Source: Dehalococcoidia bacterium | GTDB lineage: Bacteria; Chloroflexota; Dehalococcoidia; UBA6926 | Reading direction: 5' to 3' | Length of the DNA: 64,000 nt | NCBI GenBank assembly: GCA_045562535.1 | Contig: JBJKVP010000002.1 | Location: 2,814 to 66,813 of the forward strand | Shown here: one piece after another, positions 38,952 to 48,291 of the stretch | Layout of the letters: every line of letters starts with the position of its first letter | Numbering within the stretch: position 1 is the stretch's first letter | Program-made: the position numbers and the translations under genes | The notes under the pieces: generated by a model | The model's input: only the letters and a program-made list of their open reading frames with translations | Told to the model about the DNA's origin: nothing | Databases searched by the model: none

Positions 38952-41900
38952 TTTGTTTAGTCACGGAAATCAATACAGCAATGCCATTTATGTCTATTGT
39001 TTCAGATAAATCTGGGCTTTGCGTTTCTGGTTGATTTCCAATACTTGCGAGTGTTTCTTGTTCAATGTAGTCAGAGTGATGAATGATTACTTGAGTAATG
39101 TGTTCACCTCCCGATATCCTAAGAAATATTCGGTCATCAATATCAAGGTCGGCCTTCCGTCTCATTTCTTGTATTTGTCGTACAAGATCCCGCGCAAATC
39201 CTTCCAGAGCAAGATCTTCTGAAATCTCTGTTTCAATAATTACGAAAATATTCCCTTCTTGAGAAGAAACGTACCCTTCTTTATCCTTTTGTTCAACGAT
39301 CAACTCTTCCGGGGAATATTGTTCACCATCAATAGTGATTTGATTTCCCGAGCTTATATTAGTTGCGATTTCCGAGCGTTCTGATTGTTCTAACGACGAT
39401 AAAACGGATATGAACCCCTGTAAATCCTTGCCTAATTTTGGACCTAATATGGATAAATTTGGCTTGATATGTGAGTCAATGAACATGGCTTCATCTTCTG
39501 TCTTGTGGATGCTTTTTACATTTAATTCATCCTCTAACTGATCTTCGATTCGAGGAAGAGATTCTATATCATCTTTTGATCTTACTATCGCGTAGGCTTT
39601 AGCCAACGGCTGTCGCACTTTGATCTTGGCTTTGCTTCGTGCAGCACGCCCTAAACTCGATAGTTGCATTGCTAATTTGACATCGTTTTCTATCTTGGGG
39701 TCGATTTGATCTTTCATCACTTCAGGCCAATCAGCCAAATGTACACTCAGTTTTTCTTCTCTGGACAAATTTAGGTACATTTTTTCAGCAATGAATGGTG
39801 TAAACGGGGCTAATAATTTAGATAGAGCTAAAAGGCATTCATGCAGGGTATGGTAAGCTGCCTTTTTATCGATATCATCTTCACTTTTCCAAAATCTTCG
39901 GCGACTTCTTCTAATGTACCAAGTAGACAGTTGATCTACGAAAAACTCTATATCTCGGGCAGCTTCGGTGATTCTGTAATTTTCTAGGTGCTCGGTTGTT
40001 GTAGAAATTAGACTATTAAGACTTGATATAAGCCATCTATCAAGTAAGGGCCTATCAGATATTTCGGGTTTATCTTTTGTAGTAGGGTCAAATTCATCCA
40101 AATTAGCGTACGTTACGAAAAAACTATATGTATTCCAGAGAGGTAAAAGAAACTTTCTTACACTTTCTGCAACCAGGTTTTCTGAAAACCTTCTTGGATT
40201 ACCAGGGGTTGTTGCCGTGAACATGTACCAGCGAAGCGCGTCAGCACCTCTCGAGTCAAGAACACTCCAGGGCTCTACTATATTGCCTTTGGATTTGCTC
40301 ATTTTCGCGCCGTTTTCGTCCAAAATATGTCCGAGGCTTACAACATTTTTGTACGCTGGTCGATCAAATAATAGAACGGAAAGGGCGTGAAGAGTGTAGA
40401 ACCATCCTCGGGTTTGATCGACCCCTTCACAAACGTAGTCTGCTGGTGAATGAAGATCGAATTCATTTTCTCCTTCAAAAGGGTAGTGCCATTGAGCCAC
40501 CGGCATTGCTCCAGAGTCAAACCAGGCATCCATGACCTCTGGAACTCTTTCAGATATACTTCCACATTCTTCACATGAGAATGTCACTTCGTCCAGGAAA
40601 GGTCTATGTAAGTCTAATCCTTCTTTAAAACCTATAAGATTACTTTGTTTTTTTAGCTCATCCAACCCACCTATAGCAGATTGATGTTCGCAGTTCGTGC
40701 ATACCCACACAGGTATAGGGGTTCCCCAGAACCTTTCTCGTGATAATGCCCAATCAACATTATTTTCTAACCATTCACCAAAGCGCCCTTCTCCTATGTG
40801 TTCCGGGTGCCAGTTAATATCCCGATTGGTTTCTATTAGACGCTCTTTTAACTCTGTTGTTTTTATGTACCAAGATTCTTTAGCGTAATATAGGAGGGGA
40901 GAGTCACACCTCCAGCAAAAAGGGTAAGTGTGTTCAATTGTTTCGGATCTCAAAAGGCGGCCCTTTTCGGATAATTTCTCTGTTATGAGAGGATCTGCGT
41001 CTTTAAAAAACAAACCCTCCGGAGGCCCGTCGGGAAATTCCTTAACGGAACCGTTTAATTCAACTGTGTGGATAATTGGCAGGTTTTCGAGTCTACCAAC
41101 TTTCAAATCTTCTGCACCATATGCTGGAGCGATGTGCACTAGCCCAGTTCCCTCTGATAATGAAACGAAATCTGCTGATATGACCCTGTATGCATTATCT
41201 TTCGGTTCACTTAAAGCAAATAAGGGTTCGTATTCAATTCCTATAAGATCTTTTCCAAGAATAGTACCAATCACTTTATAGGATTCACCAATAACATTAT
41301 TTGCCAAATCTTCAGCGAGTATCAGTCTTTCCGTCTTACCTGATTCTGAGAAATTACTCTCAACGATCATATATTTAGATTCTTTTGAAACTGCTATAGC
41401 TACGTTTGCAGGTAAGGTCCATGGAGTTGTTGTCCAAACTAACAAGGAAGTTGGCGTGTCTTTTTTGAGTTTCAATAAATTAGTGTTTTGCTCATTTTCT
41501 TTTATTAAGAACTTTATGTATACGGAAGGATCTTCGGTATTTTCTTTATACCCAAGAGCTACTTCATGTGAGCTCAGCGAAGTTACGCATCTTGGGCAGT
41601 GAGGTGTAACTTTATAATCCTTATAGATTAGATTCTTGTTCCATAACTCCTTAAAAATCCACCATCCTGATTCTATATATTCATTTTTGAACGTAATATA
41701 CGGATCGTCCATATCAACCCAGAATCCTATTCGGTCGGACAGTGTTTCCCATTCCTTAACGTACCGAAATACACTTTCTCTACATTTTTCGTTAAATCGC
41801 TCTACCCCGTATTCTTCGATTTCTGTTTTACTATGGAGATTGAGTTCAGTTTCAACTGCGAGTTCCACAGGCAGTCCATGTGTATCCCAGCCACCTTTTC

Positions 41901-42144
41901 GTGGTACGTTGAACCCCTGCATTGTTTTGAATCGAGGGACTATGTCTTTATACACTCTTGAAAGCACGTGATGTACGCCTGGTGTGCCATTTGCTGTAGG
42001 AGGCCCTTCGTAGAAACTGAAAATAGGACTATTCTTCCTAATTTCTATAGATTTTTTAAATGTATTATTAGTTTTCCAGTAATCTAGAATCTCAGATTCG
42101 AGTTCAGGGAATACTATTTTATTAGAAACCGGATCAAAACCCAT
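38944..42144 (-). CDS. ileS: Isoleucine--tRNA ligase, type 2
   Basis: GPPTANG, GWDTHGLP, WTTTPWTLP, DQTRGWF, KMSKS; type-2 C-terminus. Confidence 0.98.
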   Translation of the reverse strand: MGFDPVSNKIVFPELESEILDYWKTNNTFKKSIEIRKNSPIFSFYEGPPTANGTPGVHHVLSRVYKDIVPRFKTMQGFNVPRKGGWDTHGLPVELAVETELNLHSKTEIEEYGVERFNEKCRESVFRYVKEWETLSDRIGFWVDMDDPYITFKNEYIESGWWIFKELWNKNLIYKDYKVTPHCPRCVTSLSSHEVALGYKENTEDPSVYIKFLIKENEQNTNLLKLKKDTPTSLLVWTTTPWTLPANVAIAVSKESKYMIVESNFSESGKTERLILAEDLANNVIGESYKVIGTILGKDLIGIEYEPLFALSEPKDNAYRVISADFVSLSEGTGLVHIAPAYGAEDLKVGRLENLPIIHTVELNGSVKEFPDGPPEGLFFKDADPLITEKLSEKGRLLRSETIEHTYPFCWRCDSPLLYYAKESWYIKTTELKERLIETNRDINWHPEHIGEGRFGEWLENNVDWALSRERFWGTPIPVWVCTNCEHQSAIGGLDELKKQSNLIGFKEGLDLHRPFLDEVTFSCEECGSISERVPEVMDAWFDSGAMPVAQWHYPFEGENEFDLHSPADYVCEGVDQTRGWFYTLHALSVLLFDRPAYKNVVSLGHILDENGAKMSKSKGNIVEPWSVLDSRGADALRWYMFTATTPGNPRRFSENLVAESVRKFLLPLWNTYSFFVTYANLDEFDPTTKDKPEISDRPLLDRWLISSLNSLISTTTEHLENYRITEAARDIEFFVDQLSTWYIRRSRRRFWKSEDDIDKKAAYHTLHECLLALSKLLAPFTPFIAEKMYLNLSREEKLSVHLADWPEVMKDQIDPKIENDVKLAMQLSSLGRAARSKAKIKVRQPLAKAYAIVRSKDDIESLPRIEDQLEDELNVKSIHKTEDEAMFIDSHIKPNLSILGPKLGKDLQGFISVLSSLEQSERSEIATNISSGNQITIDGEQYSPEELIVEQKDKEGYVSSQEGNIFVIIETEISEDLALEGFARDLVRQIQEMRRKADLDIDDRIFLRISGGEHITQVIIHHSDYIEQETLASIGNQPETQSPDLSETIDINGIAVLISVTKQIN

Positions 42145-42219
42145 TAATCCACCTTTTAAATTCGATTTGAATCTATATTTTGAGCAAGTGATATAAGAGT
42201 GTCAAGATTATTCATTTTA

Positions 42220-42411
42220 TTAATTTTTGCATTTCACTATATATAATACTACTCCTGGTAGCCCTAGAAGTAGTACGTAGCTCCACCGTTTCTTGCTTTT
42301 ACTATCTAGAGAGGCATGATTTTTTAAGTCTAATAATGCCCATAATTGTGATAAGAAATTAATAGCGAGTAATATAGCTGCTAAAGATAGATACAGTATT
42401 AAATCATTCAA
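42220..42411 (-). CDS. Small membrane protein (PLDc N-terminal-like)
   Basis: WALLDL...K.RW..V...PG.VLY pattern, two TM helices. Confidence 0.6.
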   Translation of the reverse strand: MNDLILYLSLAAILLAINFLSQLWALLDLKNHASLDSKSKKRWSYVLLLGLPGVVLYIVKCKN

Positions 42412-42515
42412 TAATTATTCTTTCTCTTTAACGTTCTCCAACGCCATCTAAATAATTACTAACAAAATGCTGGGTCGTCTCAAGAGCTTATTAAATCAAT
42501 CTGCGTTGAGGCGTC

Positions 42516-43427
42516 CTATTTATCATCGTCGTCATCATCGTCGTCGTAATCATCGTCGTCATCATCGTAATCATCGTCGTCATCATCGTAATCATCGTCG
42601 TCATCATCGTAATCATCGTCGTCATCATCGTAATCATCGTCGTCATCGTAATCGTCGTCATCGTCGTCATCATCGTCATCATCGTCGTCGTAATCATCAT
42701 CGTCGTCGTCGTAATCATCATCGTCGTCGTCGTAATCATCATCATCATCGTCGTAATCATCATCGTCGTCGTCGTCATCATCGTCGTCATCGTAATCATC
42801 GTCGTCATCATCGTAATCATCGTCGTCATCATCGTAATCATCATCATCGTCATCGTAATCATCATCATCGTCATATTCATAATCATCTACTATTTCTTCG
42901 TACTCTTCTTCATCTGAACTATAAGAGTCATCATCAGCCAATGATATTGTCACACGTCGGCCCGGGCCTCTTCCAAAACTCTCGGTGATTAATTCGGTAT
43001 ATTCTTGCAGTGTTGTGTGAACGATGCGTCTCTCAGTAGGGGACATTGGTTCCAGTGTAATGGGTCTTCTGCGATCTATAACATGGTTAGCTGCTCTTTC
43101 GGCAACTTCACGTATCTGGTCTAATTTTCTCTGTTGATAATTTTCTACGTCTACCCGAAGGGCAACAAACTCGCCAATAGTTCTGCTTACTACAGTCGTA
43201 ACGATTGATTGCAAATCTCTTAAGGTTGATCCACGCCTGCCAATTAATAGGCCAGCATCTTCACCTTCGATATTAAGAATGATTGGATCTCCATCGTCAT
43301 TTTCATCGGGCATGATGACTTCTATATCTGCTTCCACACCCATAAATTCAAGGATCTGTGAAAGGATTTCTTCTGCTTGGTTTGCCCAATCGTTCAATTT
43401 CTCTATGTCGTTTTCATTACTACTCAA
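42516..43427 (-). CDS. jag: Jag/KhpB (EloR) RNA-binding protein, KH + R3H, with poly-Asp/Tyr tail
   Basis: LLIGRRG KH motif, ERRIVH R3H motif; last gene of the yidC operon. Confidence 0.92.
   Translation of the reverse strand: MSSNENDIEKLNDWANQAEEILSQILEFMGVEADIEVIMPDENDDGDPIILNIEGEDAGLLIGRRGSTLRDLQSIVTTVVSRTIGEFVALRVDVENYQQRKLDQIREVAERAANHVIDRRRPITLEPMSPTERRIVHTTLQEYTELITESFGRGPGRRVTISLADDDSYSSDEEEYEEIVDDYEYDDDDDYDDDDDDYDDDDDDYDDDDDDYDDDDDDDDDDDDYDDDDDDYDDDDDDYDDDDDDYDDDDDDDDDDDDDYDDDDDYDDDDDDYDDDDDDYDDDDDDYDDDDDDYDDDDDDDDK
42519..42875. repeat. Coding tandem repeat with ~21-bp unit encoding YDDDDDD
   Basis: Plus strand TCATCGTCGTCATCATCGTAA and variants, repeated over about 355 bp. Confidence 0.97.
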
Positions 43428-43479
43428 TTGTTTTTCCTAGTCTTTTCTAATCTGATAATAAGATCATTGTCATGATCAA

Positions 43480-44385
43480 TCAACTTCTGTTATTTCTTCT
43501 TTTTCCTGATCTACCGCGTGTAGGCCTTTTTCTTTTGCTATCTCTTTTACGTTTATTTGATTTGTTAGTTTGTTCTTTATCGTCTGACTCCCCCTCCGAA
43601 TCAGATGATACCTTTGCAGGCGTTATCATGGGCCTTGAAGAACCAATTATACTCAGATTTCCCCATCCAGAGAAGAACCCTTGTAATATCACTGTAATTA
43701 TATTGGATACGAACCAATAGAGAGCAAGCCCTGAAGGAAAACTAAATGCTAAAAATCCCAACATTATTGGGAACATGAATAGCATAATTTGCTGTTGTTG
43801 ACGTTGCTGATTGCTCATGGCCGGCTGCTGCATTATTTTTTGTTGTGCCCATGTTGAAACTGCTACCAGTAGAGGCAATATGGGTGTTGGATCGGGCTGG
43901 GTTAGATCAAGCGACCCTGCTAACCATGGCACCTGAGTGTTCATTGGCAACAACTCGCTCCCATATGGCATCCAGTCGTACAGTCGTTGGGAGAGGTACA
44001 TAAAACTGTCTGGTAGGTCTCCCAACCCTTTAATTATTGCGTAATAGAGACCTATCCATATTGGGAATTGAATTAGCATAGGCCCTAAACAGCCTAAAGG
44101 GCTCACCCCATTGTCTTTGTACAGTTTCATAGTAGCTTTTTGTTGGGCTTGAGGATTGGACTTATATTTTTCCTTTAGTTGTGCCATTTCTGGACCTAGT
44201 CTTTGCATTGTTGCACTGGACTTTAATTGTTTAACCGTAAGAGGGTAGAAAATTAATCTAGTTACCACTGTTAAAGCTATTATTGCGTAGGCGATATTTT
44301 CGAAAAGTATTGCGTATAGGAATATTAGCGCGTTCAACATCGGTTGAAGCAGCAATACTATAAATATGTCTCCTATAACGTCCAT
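43480..44385 (-). CDS. yidC: Membrane protein insertase YidC (short form, no large periplasmic domain)
   Basis: R.IFYPL..KQ.KS, LYK..GVSPLGCL.P.LIQFPI, GLALYW..SN motifs. Confidence 0.96.
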   Translation of the reverse strand: MDVIGDIFIVLLLQPMLNALIFLYAILFENIAYAIIALTVVTRLIFYPLTVKQLKSSATMQRLGPEMAQLKEKYKSNPQAQQKATMKLYKDNGVSPLGCLGPMLIQFPIWIGLYYAIIKGLGDLPDSFMYLSQRLYDWMPYGSELLPMNTQVPWLAGSLDLTQPDPTPILPLLVAVSTWAQQKIMQQPAMSNQQRQQQQIMLFMFPIMLGFLAFSFPSGLALYWFVSNIITVILQGFFSGWGNLSIIGSSRPMITPAKVSSDSEGESDDKEQTNKSNKRKRDSKRKRPTRGRSGKRRNNRS

Positions 44386-44394
44386 TACAAATCC

Positions 44395-45528
44395 TTAATC
44401 ATCAAACGGGAAAATCTTTAAGGGCAGACGGGAATCAGCCCTTACCGAGAAAATAAGATCTTCGTCGGTATGAATATAAAGTGTACCTCCCAAATTATTA
44501 ATTCCAGCATAATTTGCTTCTGGTAATTTACCGCCTGCATCATAATTTAAATTAGTAGGATCTACCCACCATGTTTCTCCTTCTTCGTTTGCAAAGAAAA
44601 TCATATTTTCGGTGAGCGCTGCGGATCCACGTATGGCACCACCTGTTTTAATTGGGTCTGAGAGATTTCGTCCTGAAGTTTTATCTAATATGTATAGATT
44701 ATGGTCTAAACTTGGAACAAAAAGTCGATTTTCAAATAATACTGGGGCTCCCCAAAACCAATTTTCTCCTTCAAAGGGTTCTTCCCAGATCGACTGGGCA
44801 TTATTTTTATTGATCGCGTAGAGTTTGTTATCAAATGAGGTTATAAACATTGCATCTCGATCTAAGGTTATAGATCCGATTCCGGCCCCAGCTTTGAAAT
44901 TCCATTCATTATTGATAGTAAAAGTTTCGCGATCAAAATCTAAAGAGTAAATGTTTCCACTTAAAGTTCCTATGTAAACTGTATTGCCGCTAATCGTGGG
45001 GGCATTCCATGTACGGCTTTCTGCAGCAAACGGAGCTGGCCATAATTGATCACCAGAATTTATATCAATTGCGTATAGCAAGCCACTCTCCGAATTAATT
45101 AAAAGAACATCATCTTTGATGCTAGGCCCCCCTATGAAAGGATCCGATGTTTCTCCATAATCAGGGTCAAATAAAACACTACATGGAGAGTCTTCTCGTG
45201 CTCCGATTATAGAATTGGGATCTATTTTATAAACTGCACCATCGAAGCCTCCAATATAAATAACCCCGTCGTTTATTAAAGGAGTTCCGTAGATTGCGGA
45301 AATACCGTTTTCCCCTTCGGAAGTTTTACATTGCCCAACGGATTTCCCGCTGACAGGATTAACTAGTAAGACTTCACCTTTCTTTGTGGCCAAGACCAAA
45401 TTGTCACCTGCCTGAACTACCTCCGACCAGCTTTTTGTTGCAAATAAAGTTGAGCCAGTACAACCGATGCTCGTAATACCAATGGTGAACAACATAAAAA
45501 TTAGTAGAAAGATTTTTCGATTATTCAT
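44395..45528 (-). CDS. PQQ-like/BamB-like beta-propeller lipoprotein
   Basis: Lipobox SIGC; repeats LYAID..SG..LW, LYAINK....IW, LYILDK.SG; ATG overlaps the yidD TGA (ATGA). Confidence 0.85.
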   Translation of the reverse strand: MNNRKIFLLIFMLFTIGITSIGCTGSTLFATKSWSEVVQAGDNLVLATKKGEVLLVNPVSGKSVGQCKTSEGENGISAIYGTPLINDGVIYIGGFDGAVYKIDPNSIIGAREDSPCSVLFDPDYGETSDPFIGGPSIKDDVLLINSESGLLYAIDINSGDQLWPAPFAAESRTWNAPTISGNTVYIGTLSGNIYSLDFDRETFTINNEWNFKAGAGIGSITLDRDAMFITSFDNKLYAINKNNAQSIWEEPFEGENWFWGAPVLFENRLFVPSLDHNLYILDKTSGRNLSDPIKTGGAIRGSAALTENMIFFANEEGETWWVDPTNLNYDAGGKLPEANYAGINNLGGTLYIHTDEDLIFSVRADSRLPLKIFPFDD

Positions 45529-45755
45529 CTGACCTCGTTCTCGAGAGGAACCGGATCGTAACCTGCTTCGTTGTTTGGTCTGCATCGTAATAGTCGTTTT
45601 ACTGTCAAAATCGTCCCTGCAAATGCGCCCTTTGTTTCAATAGCTTCTTTCGCGTATTGTGAGCAAGTGGGAGTATATATACAAACGCTATTCACAAGAT
45701 AAGGTGATATGCCTAATTTATATACTTTAATCAAAATCAGTAGGATTTTTTTCAA
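45525..45755 (-). CDS. yidD: Membrane protein insertion efficiency factor YidD
   Basis: C.Y.PTCSQYA.EAI...G...RLLRC.P...GYDPVP. Confidence 0.95.
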   Translation of the reverse strand: MKKILLILIKVYKLGISPYLVNSVCIYTPTCSQYAKEAIETKGAFAGTILTVKRLLRCRPNNEAGYDPVPLENEVR

Positions 45756-45793
45756 TTCTTAAAACTTTCTTAAGGATTTATTGGTTGTTTAAG

Positions 45794-46144
45794 CTATATT
45801 GGCAGTTCTTTTTTCAAGATCCCCGATCTTTTCAACGTATCTTTAACGCTTTTTTGTATCAACTTATAGTCCGCTTTGGCAGTTTCTTTTCTAGCGATAA
45901 AAACCATATCGTAGCCTTCTGATAAATCTAATGAATTAATTGATTCTCTTAGAAGCCGTTTTACTCTGTTTCGAACAACTGCTCCACCAATACGTTTACT
46001 GACCGCAAATCCAGAACGAGAATGTGGTGTTTGTCCGAGGGACCATTTGAGTATGAGCATTCGGTTAGACACGGATTTCCCGGTTTCTGCTATGTGGTTA
46101 AAGTCGGCGGTTTTTTTAATTCTTGATTCTTTTGAAAGCCCCAT
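45794..46144 (-). CDS. rnpA: Ribonuclease P protein component
   Basis: GFAVSKRIGGAVVRNRVKR motif. Confidence 0.96.
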   Translation of the reverse strand: MGLSKESRIKKTADFNHIAETGKSVSNRMLILKWSLGQTPHSRSGFAVSKRIGGAVVRNRVKRLLRESINSLDLSEGYDMVFIARKETAKADYKLIQKSVKDTLKRSGILKKELPI

Positions 46145-46155
46145 TTAGAACTTCC

Positions 46156-46293
46156 TTAAACGGCGAGACTATGGCGACCTTTAGTACGCCTACGTGAAAT
46201 AACGTTTTGGCCTCCGTTAGATCCCATTCGGGCACGGAAACCATGAACTCGTTTTCTGCGTCGGACTTTTGGTTGATAAGTACGCTTAGGCAT
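46156..46293 (-). CDS. rpmH: 50S ribosomal protein L34 (below ORF-track cutoff)
   Basis: Manual translation [45 protein letters not shown]. Confidence 0.97.
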   Translation of the reverse strand: MPKRTYQPKVRRRKRVHGFRARMGSNGGQNVISRRRTKGRHSLAV

Positions 46294-46302
46294 AGCTAGA
46301 GC

Positions 46303-46331
46303 AGTATATGGTTTTCAGTAGATAATCGCAA
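46303..46331 (-). promoter_or_regulatory. Promoter of the rpmH operon, near-leaderless
   Basis: TTGCGA-N17-TATACT ending 9 nt before the rpmH ATG; no SD. Confidence 0.6.
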
Positions 46332-46374
46332 GTAGTTAGGTAAATTTGCAGGTGATCTATTGGCCCTAGAATTT

Positions 46375-47097
46375 CTAAAGAGGGTGCTTTTGGGGTATCC
46401 CTGGTTTTCTAGAAAACTTTGGAGACGTCGTATTAACTTTTTTTATGAGGACAATTTTTCTCCCCGCTTTTATCTTGGGTAAGTTCAATTCATCGATTCG
46501 ATCTAATTCCCCTCCAAGTAGATCGAGGCTAGTCAATGAGTCTTCAAGCTCCGTTTTTATATCTCCTTGTTTGTATGCGACCATGTGTCCACCGATTTTC
46601 AAGAACGGAAGAGATAATTCATTTAGAACAGACATACTTGAGACTCCCCTGCACAAAACGTAGTCATATTTTTCTCTGTGTTCTTCTCTATGGCTTAATA
46701 TCTCTGCTCTTTCATTCTCGACGGATGTTGAGCTTGATATACCTAACATATCCAATATATGTGTTAGAAATTTAGTCTTTTTTGATTGCGATTCTACTAA
46801 TGTGATTTTTGTTTTTGGATTTAATAGTTGTACAGGTATCCCAGGTATACCTGCACCACTTCCTAAATCTAATATTTTTGTTTCGATTTGAATATCAACG
46901 GTATTTACAATTGAAAGGCTATCTAAAAATAGAGTTTTCTCTATATCGATTGGAGTTTTAAGGCCTGTTAAATTAATGTTCTCATTCCATTTAAGAATAG
47001 CATCCCTGTATTGTATAAACGATGCTTTTTGGAAATCATCTAGAGAAACACCCAAATCTTCGACGCCTTCTAAGAACTCGGATGATAAACTGCTCAT
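46375..47097 (-). CDS. rsmG: 16S rRNA m7G527 methyltransferase
   Basis: WN..INLT, DLGSGAGIPG, RAE, R.PGIP...PL motifs. Confidence 0.95.
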   Translation of the reverse strand: MSSLSSEFLEGVEDLGVSLDDFQKASFIQYRDAILKWNENINLTGLKTPIDIEKTLFLDSLSIVNTVDIQIETKILDLGSGAGIPGIPVQLLNPKTKITLVESQSKKTKFLTHILDMLGISSSTSVENERAEILSHREEHREKYDYVLCRGVSSMSVLNELSLPFLKIGGHMVAYKQGDIKTELEDSLTSLDLLGGELDRIDELNLPKIKAGRKIVLIKKVNTTSPKFSRKPGIPQKHPL

Positions 47098-47141
47098 GAT
47101 TTTAGCTTAATTACTTTCTTTTTTATTTTATTAGTAAGTTA

Positions 47142-48224
47142 CTATCTTCGCTGTCTAGGAGGGTTATTTCTAGTAGTAGTAGTAGGAGTTCCCTTGTAAC
47201 ATCCGATGGTGTACGGGTATTCAATTGTCGCGTGATAATGGTACCCAAGTAATCCATGGGTGTGACCATGGCATTCATCTAAATCTTCGTTAGACATTTC
47301 TTTCCCCTCCTCGCCATTATACCCATAGATAGGGAATCCATCGTTAATGTACCCCACGATTCCTGAATGACCGTCATCTAAAATCTCGTTATCCAAGCGA
47401 AAAGGTATGTAATGATAATGGTAATTAGTTCTAGCCGGGTGCCCCCCAAAAATATCGACAATTTCTCTTGCAAGGGCATCTTCTCCTCGCGCGTCCGAAG
47501 CGTTATAAAGCACAACCCCATTTTTTGTGACCCCAATTGCACCAAGCGACACGCAGGTTGGGGATGGAGCTACCGAAGGATTGGTAGTATAAGAAAAAGA
47601 TCGATCCGCAGCAGCGGGTACCCCAGGATTTCCATCTATTGCAGTTAATTGTGGGTATTGTGTCATAGGCCAATCACCTATTTTTTCATCGACTGGCAGG
47701 TTATTGATTTGGATTTGGCGTTCTCCGACCAATATATTTTCTAGGTATAATCCGATACCTGGGCTAAAGGTTCCAGAAGGTAACCATAGTTTTTGGAAAA
47801 AATCCCAAGTCTTTTCAGTAAAATTGATCCAGGTAATTTTGCTTTCATTTGCCCCCGGTGCATCTGGGTTTGGCCCTGAACATGAGTACAGATACCCTTT
47901 ATCAGGAGTCGTAGTAGTAAAGTAGTCATCACCTAGAGGCAACTTACTGCAATTGGGGCCATTATCGTCATTGCACATATCAGGTGATACTAGGAAAGGG
48001 TTAGCGCTCTGGGGTGTTACCTCGGGCTCTGCTTTCTTTACGGATGTTTCTGTAGGTGTTACTGGATTAACTGCTGTTGTTGATGATGTGGAAGTAGTTC
48101 TAGCACTTGCCGGAGTCGCTGTCGGTGTTGTGGCTACTGGAGTTTGGCTTGGGCCTCTGCTATCACCACAACCCACTAAGAGAAGGGTTAATCCGGCTAA
48201 GAATATATATGTTAGATATCTCAT
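47142..48224 (-). CDS. YHYH-domain lipoprotein
   Basis: Lipobox LVGC, Thr/Pro linker, two YHYH motifs, DGFPIYG, DLDECHGH. Confidence 0.88.
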   Translation of the reverse strand: MRYLTYIFLAGLTLLLVGCGDSRGPSQTPVATTPTATPASARTTSTSSTTAVNPVTPTETSVKKAEPEVTPQSANPFLVSPDMCNDDNGPNCSKLPLGDDYFTTTTPDKGYLYSCSGPNPDAPGANESKITWINFTEKTWDFFQKLWLPSGTFSPGIGLYLENILVGERQIQINNLPVDEKIGDWPMTQYPQLTAIDGNPGVPAAADRSFSYTTNPSVAPSPTCVSLGAIGVTKNGVVLYNASDARGEDALAREIVDIFGGHPARTNYHYHYIPFRLDNEILDDGHSGIVGYINDGFPIYGYNGEEGKEMSNEDLDECHGHTHGLLGYHYHATIEYPYTIGCYKGTPTTTTRNNPPRQRR

Positions 48225-48291
48225 GCTACCGCCCCTCTAACTTACTCTATTCCAAGTAGATTCTTGGTCCCTGATCTGGTCTTAAATAATA

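Noticed and set aside
42519-42875. Possible CRISPR array
   Set aside because: Contiguous low-complexity repeat with no unique spacers and no cas genes.
42491-42886. Met/Thr/Ile-rich ORF on the minus strand
   Set aside because: Alternative frame of the same GAT/GAC repeat.
42467-42988. 173-aa His/Arg-rich ORF on the plus strand (RRHHRNH repeats)
   Set aside because: Antisense shadow of the Asp/Tyr repeat, which lacks stops in this frame by construction; no SD; the jag frame explains the sequence.
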